From NCBI RefSeq assembly GCF_001194135.2, contig NC_069001.1, positions 39,483,945 through 39,547,944 on the forward strand: a stretch of DNA of 64,000 bases, in the 5' to 3' direction. Every line of letters begins with the position of its first letter. Position 1 is the first letter of the stretch. Positions 62,704 to 64,000 of the stretch are shown one piece after another. The notes under the pieces are model-generated. The model saw only the letters and a program-made list of their open reading frames with translations. It was not told the DNA's origin and made no database searches. The position numbers and the translations under genes were made by a program. This DNA comes from Octopus bimaculoides (taxonomy: Eukaryota).

Positions 62704-63106
62704 CTTTTACTTGTTTCAGTCATTTGACTGCGGCCATGCTGGAGTACCACCTTTAGTCGAGCAAATCGACCCCGGGACTTATTCTTTGTAAGCCTAGTAC
62801 TTATTCTATCGGTCTCTTTTTGCCGAAGCGCTAAGTGACGGGGACGTAAACACACCAGCATCGGTTGTCAAGCAATACTAGGGGGACAAACACAGACATA
62901 CAAACACGCACACACACACACATATATAAATATACATATATACGACGGGCTTCTTTCAGTTTCCGTCTACCAAATCCACTCAGAAGGCTTTGGTCGGCCC
63001 GAGGCTATAGTAGAAGACACTTACCTAAGGTGCCACGCAGTGGGACTGAACCCGGAACCATGTGGTTGGTAAGCAAGCTACTTACCACACAGCCACTCCT
63101 GCGCCT
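62704..63106 (-). mobile_element. tRNA-derived SINE, family B (octopus-type, internal microsatellite); best-preserved copy
   Basis: Minus-strand head aggcgcaggagtggctgtgtggtaag...ggttccgggttcagtcccactgcgtggcacc (A-box-like TGGCTGTGTGG, B-box-like GTTCAGTCC); internal (TA/TG)n; tail ...catggccgcagtcaaatgactgaaacaagtaaaag. Confidence 0.9.
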
Positions 63107-63714
63107 ATTATGATAATAATAATAATAATGTAGGTATAATGGTGTAACATTTGCCACGTAATAAATATGTCTATGCACAAACATAGGTCAATACTTTGCT
63201 TTAATATCGATGAATTCTTTAATTAATGGTAACATATTGCACTATACACCGCTGGAATACATTCACCATCATCATATACATACATATCAATGTATGTATG
63301 TGTATGTATGTATGTATGTATGTACACATGGTGTATTGTGGGTTTACACAAGCGTTAGTCAATTCGATTAAAGCGAGAAAAATAGTTACTCTCTCCTGCT
63401 GGATAGAGTGGCATGACATTATTCAGTGGAAGAGTTTCCCCGGACTTCTTAACAACAACGCATCCCCACCCCACGCACATGTGGCATGTGTGTACATGAG
63501 CGCGTGCGTGTTGCGGGAAAACATGTTCAGACCAGTAAGATTTCTGCATTTTGACTGTAATGTATAAATCATTAATACATTCATGTGTGTGTGTGTGTGT
63601 GTGTGCGTGTGCGTGTGCGTGTGCGTGTGCGGGGACATACATACATCAGCAAGCTTACAACAAGACGTGGACATCCCCCCTCCTAAAATCTTCGTTTGCG
63701 AAGGAAGCCAAAAG

Positions 63715-64000
63715 AGTGATATATATATACATATGTGGTATGTGTGTATGTATATGTGTGTATATATGTGTGTATATATGGGTGTATATATGTGTGTGTG
63801 TATATATGTGTATGTATATATGTGGTTGTATATATATATGTGTATGTGTGTATATATATGTGTGTATATATATGTGTATATGTGTGTGTGTGTATATATA
63901 TATATGTGTATGTGTGTATATATATGTGTGTATATATGTGTGTATATATATGTGTATANNNNNNNNNNATATATGTGTATATATGTGTGTGTGTGTATAT
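63715..64000. repeat. Complex (TA)/(TG)n microsatellite
   Basis: Directly visible; one of many AT/AC/AG tracts, most of which flank assembly gaps. Confidence 0.95.

Noticed and set aside
63040-63106. tRNA gene calls from A/B boxes
   Set aside because: These are SINE heads with no cloverleaf or anticodon arm.

Overview
AT-rich, microsatellite-dense animal genomic DNA with many N gaps. The two dominant tRNA-headed SINE families look like those I recognise from Octopus (coleoid cephalopod) assemblies; this is recognition, not a database match. The window is mostly intronic or intergenic. One coding exon is convincing (52381-52645, +, 265 nt, phase 1/2, with an RRRASL PKA-type motif), but I cannot name its gene. 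Other content: about 25 SINE copies or fragments, three dead restriction-like-endonuclease (RLE) LINE relics (two clearly R4/Dong-like), a small Tc1/mariner-type MITE, short TTAGGG tracts, a possible CpG-rich promoter at about 7.7-8.5 kb, and several weak exon candidates. Almost all long ORFs in the supplied track are artefacts of N runs or microsatellites. I found no CRISPR array, rRNA or intact tRNA, and no clear novel multi-gene system. The best second-look items are small: two pre-miRNA-like hairpins, a recursive-splice-like AG|GTGAGT site, a 43-bp templated LINE copy inside a (CA)n tract, R4/Dong ends at (TAA)n, a 14-bp-period TAATT array, and a decayed Penelope-type hammerhead. Repeat boundaries are approximate (about 10-20 bp).
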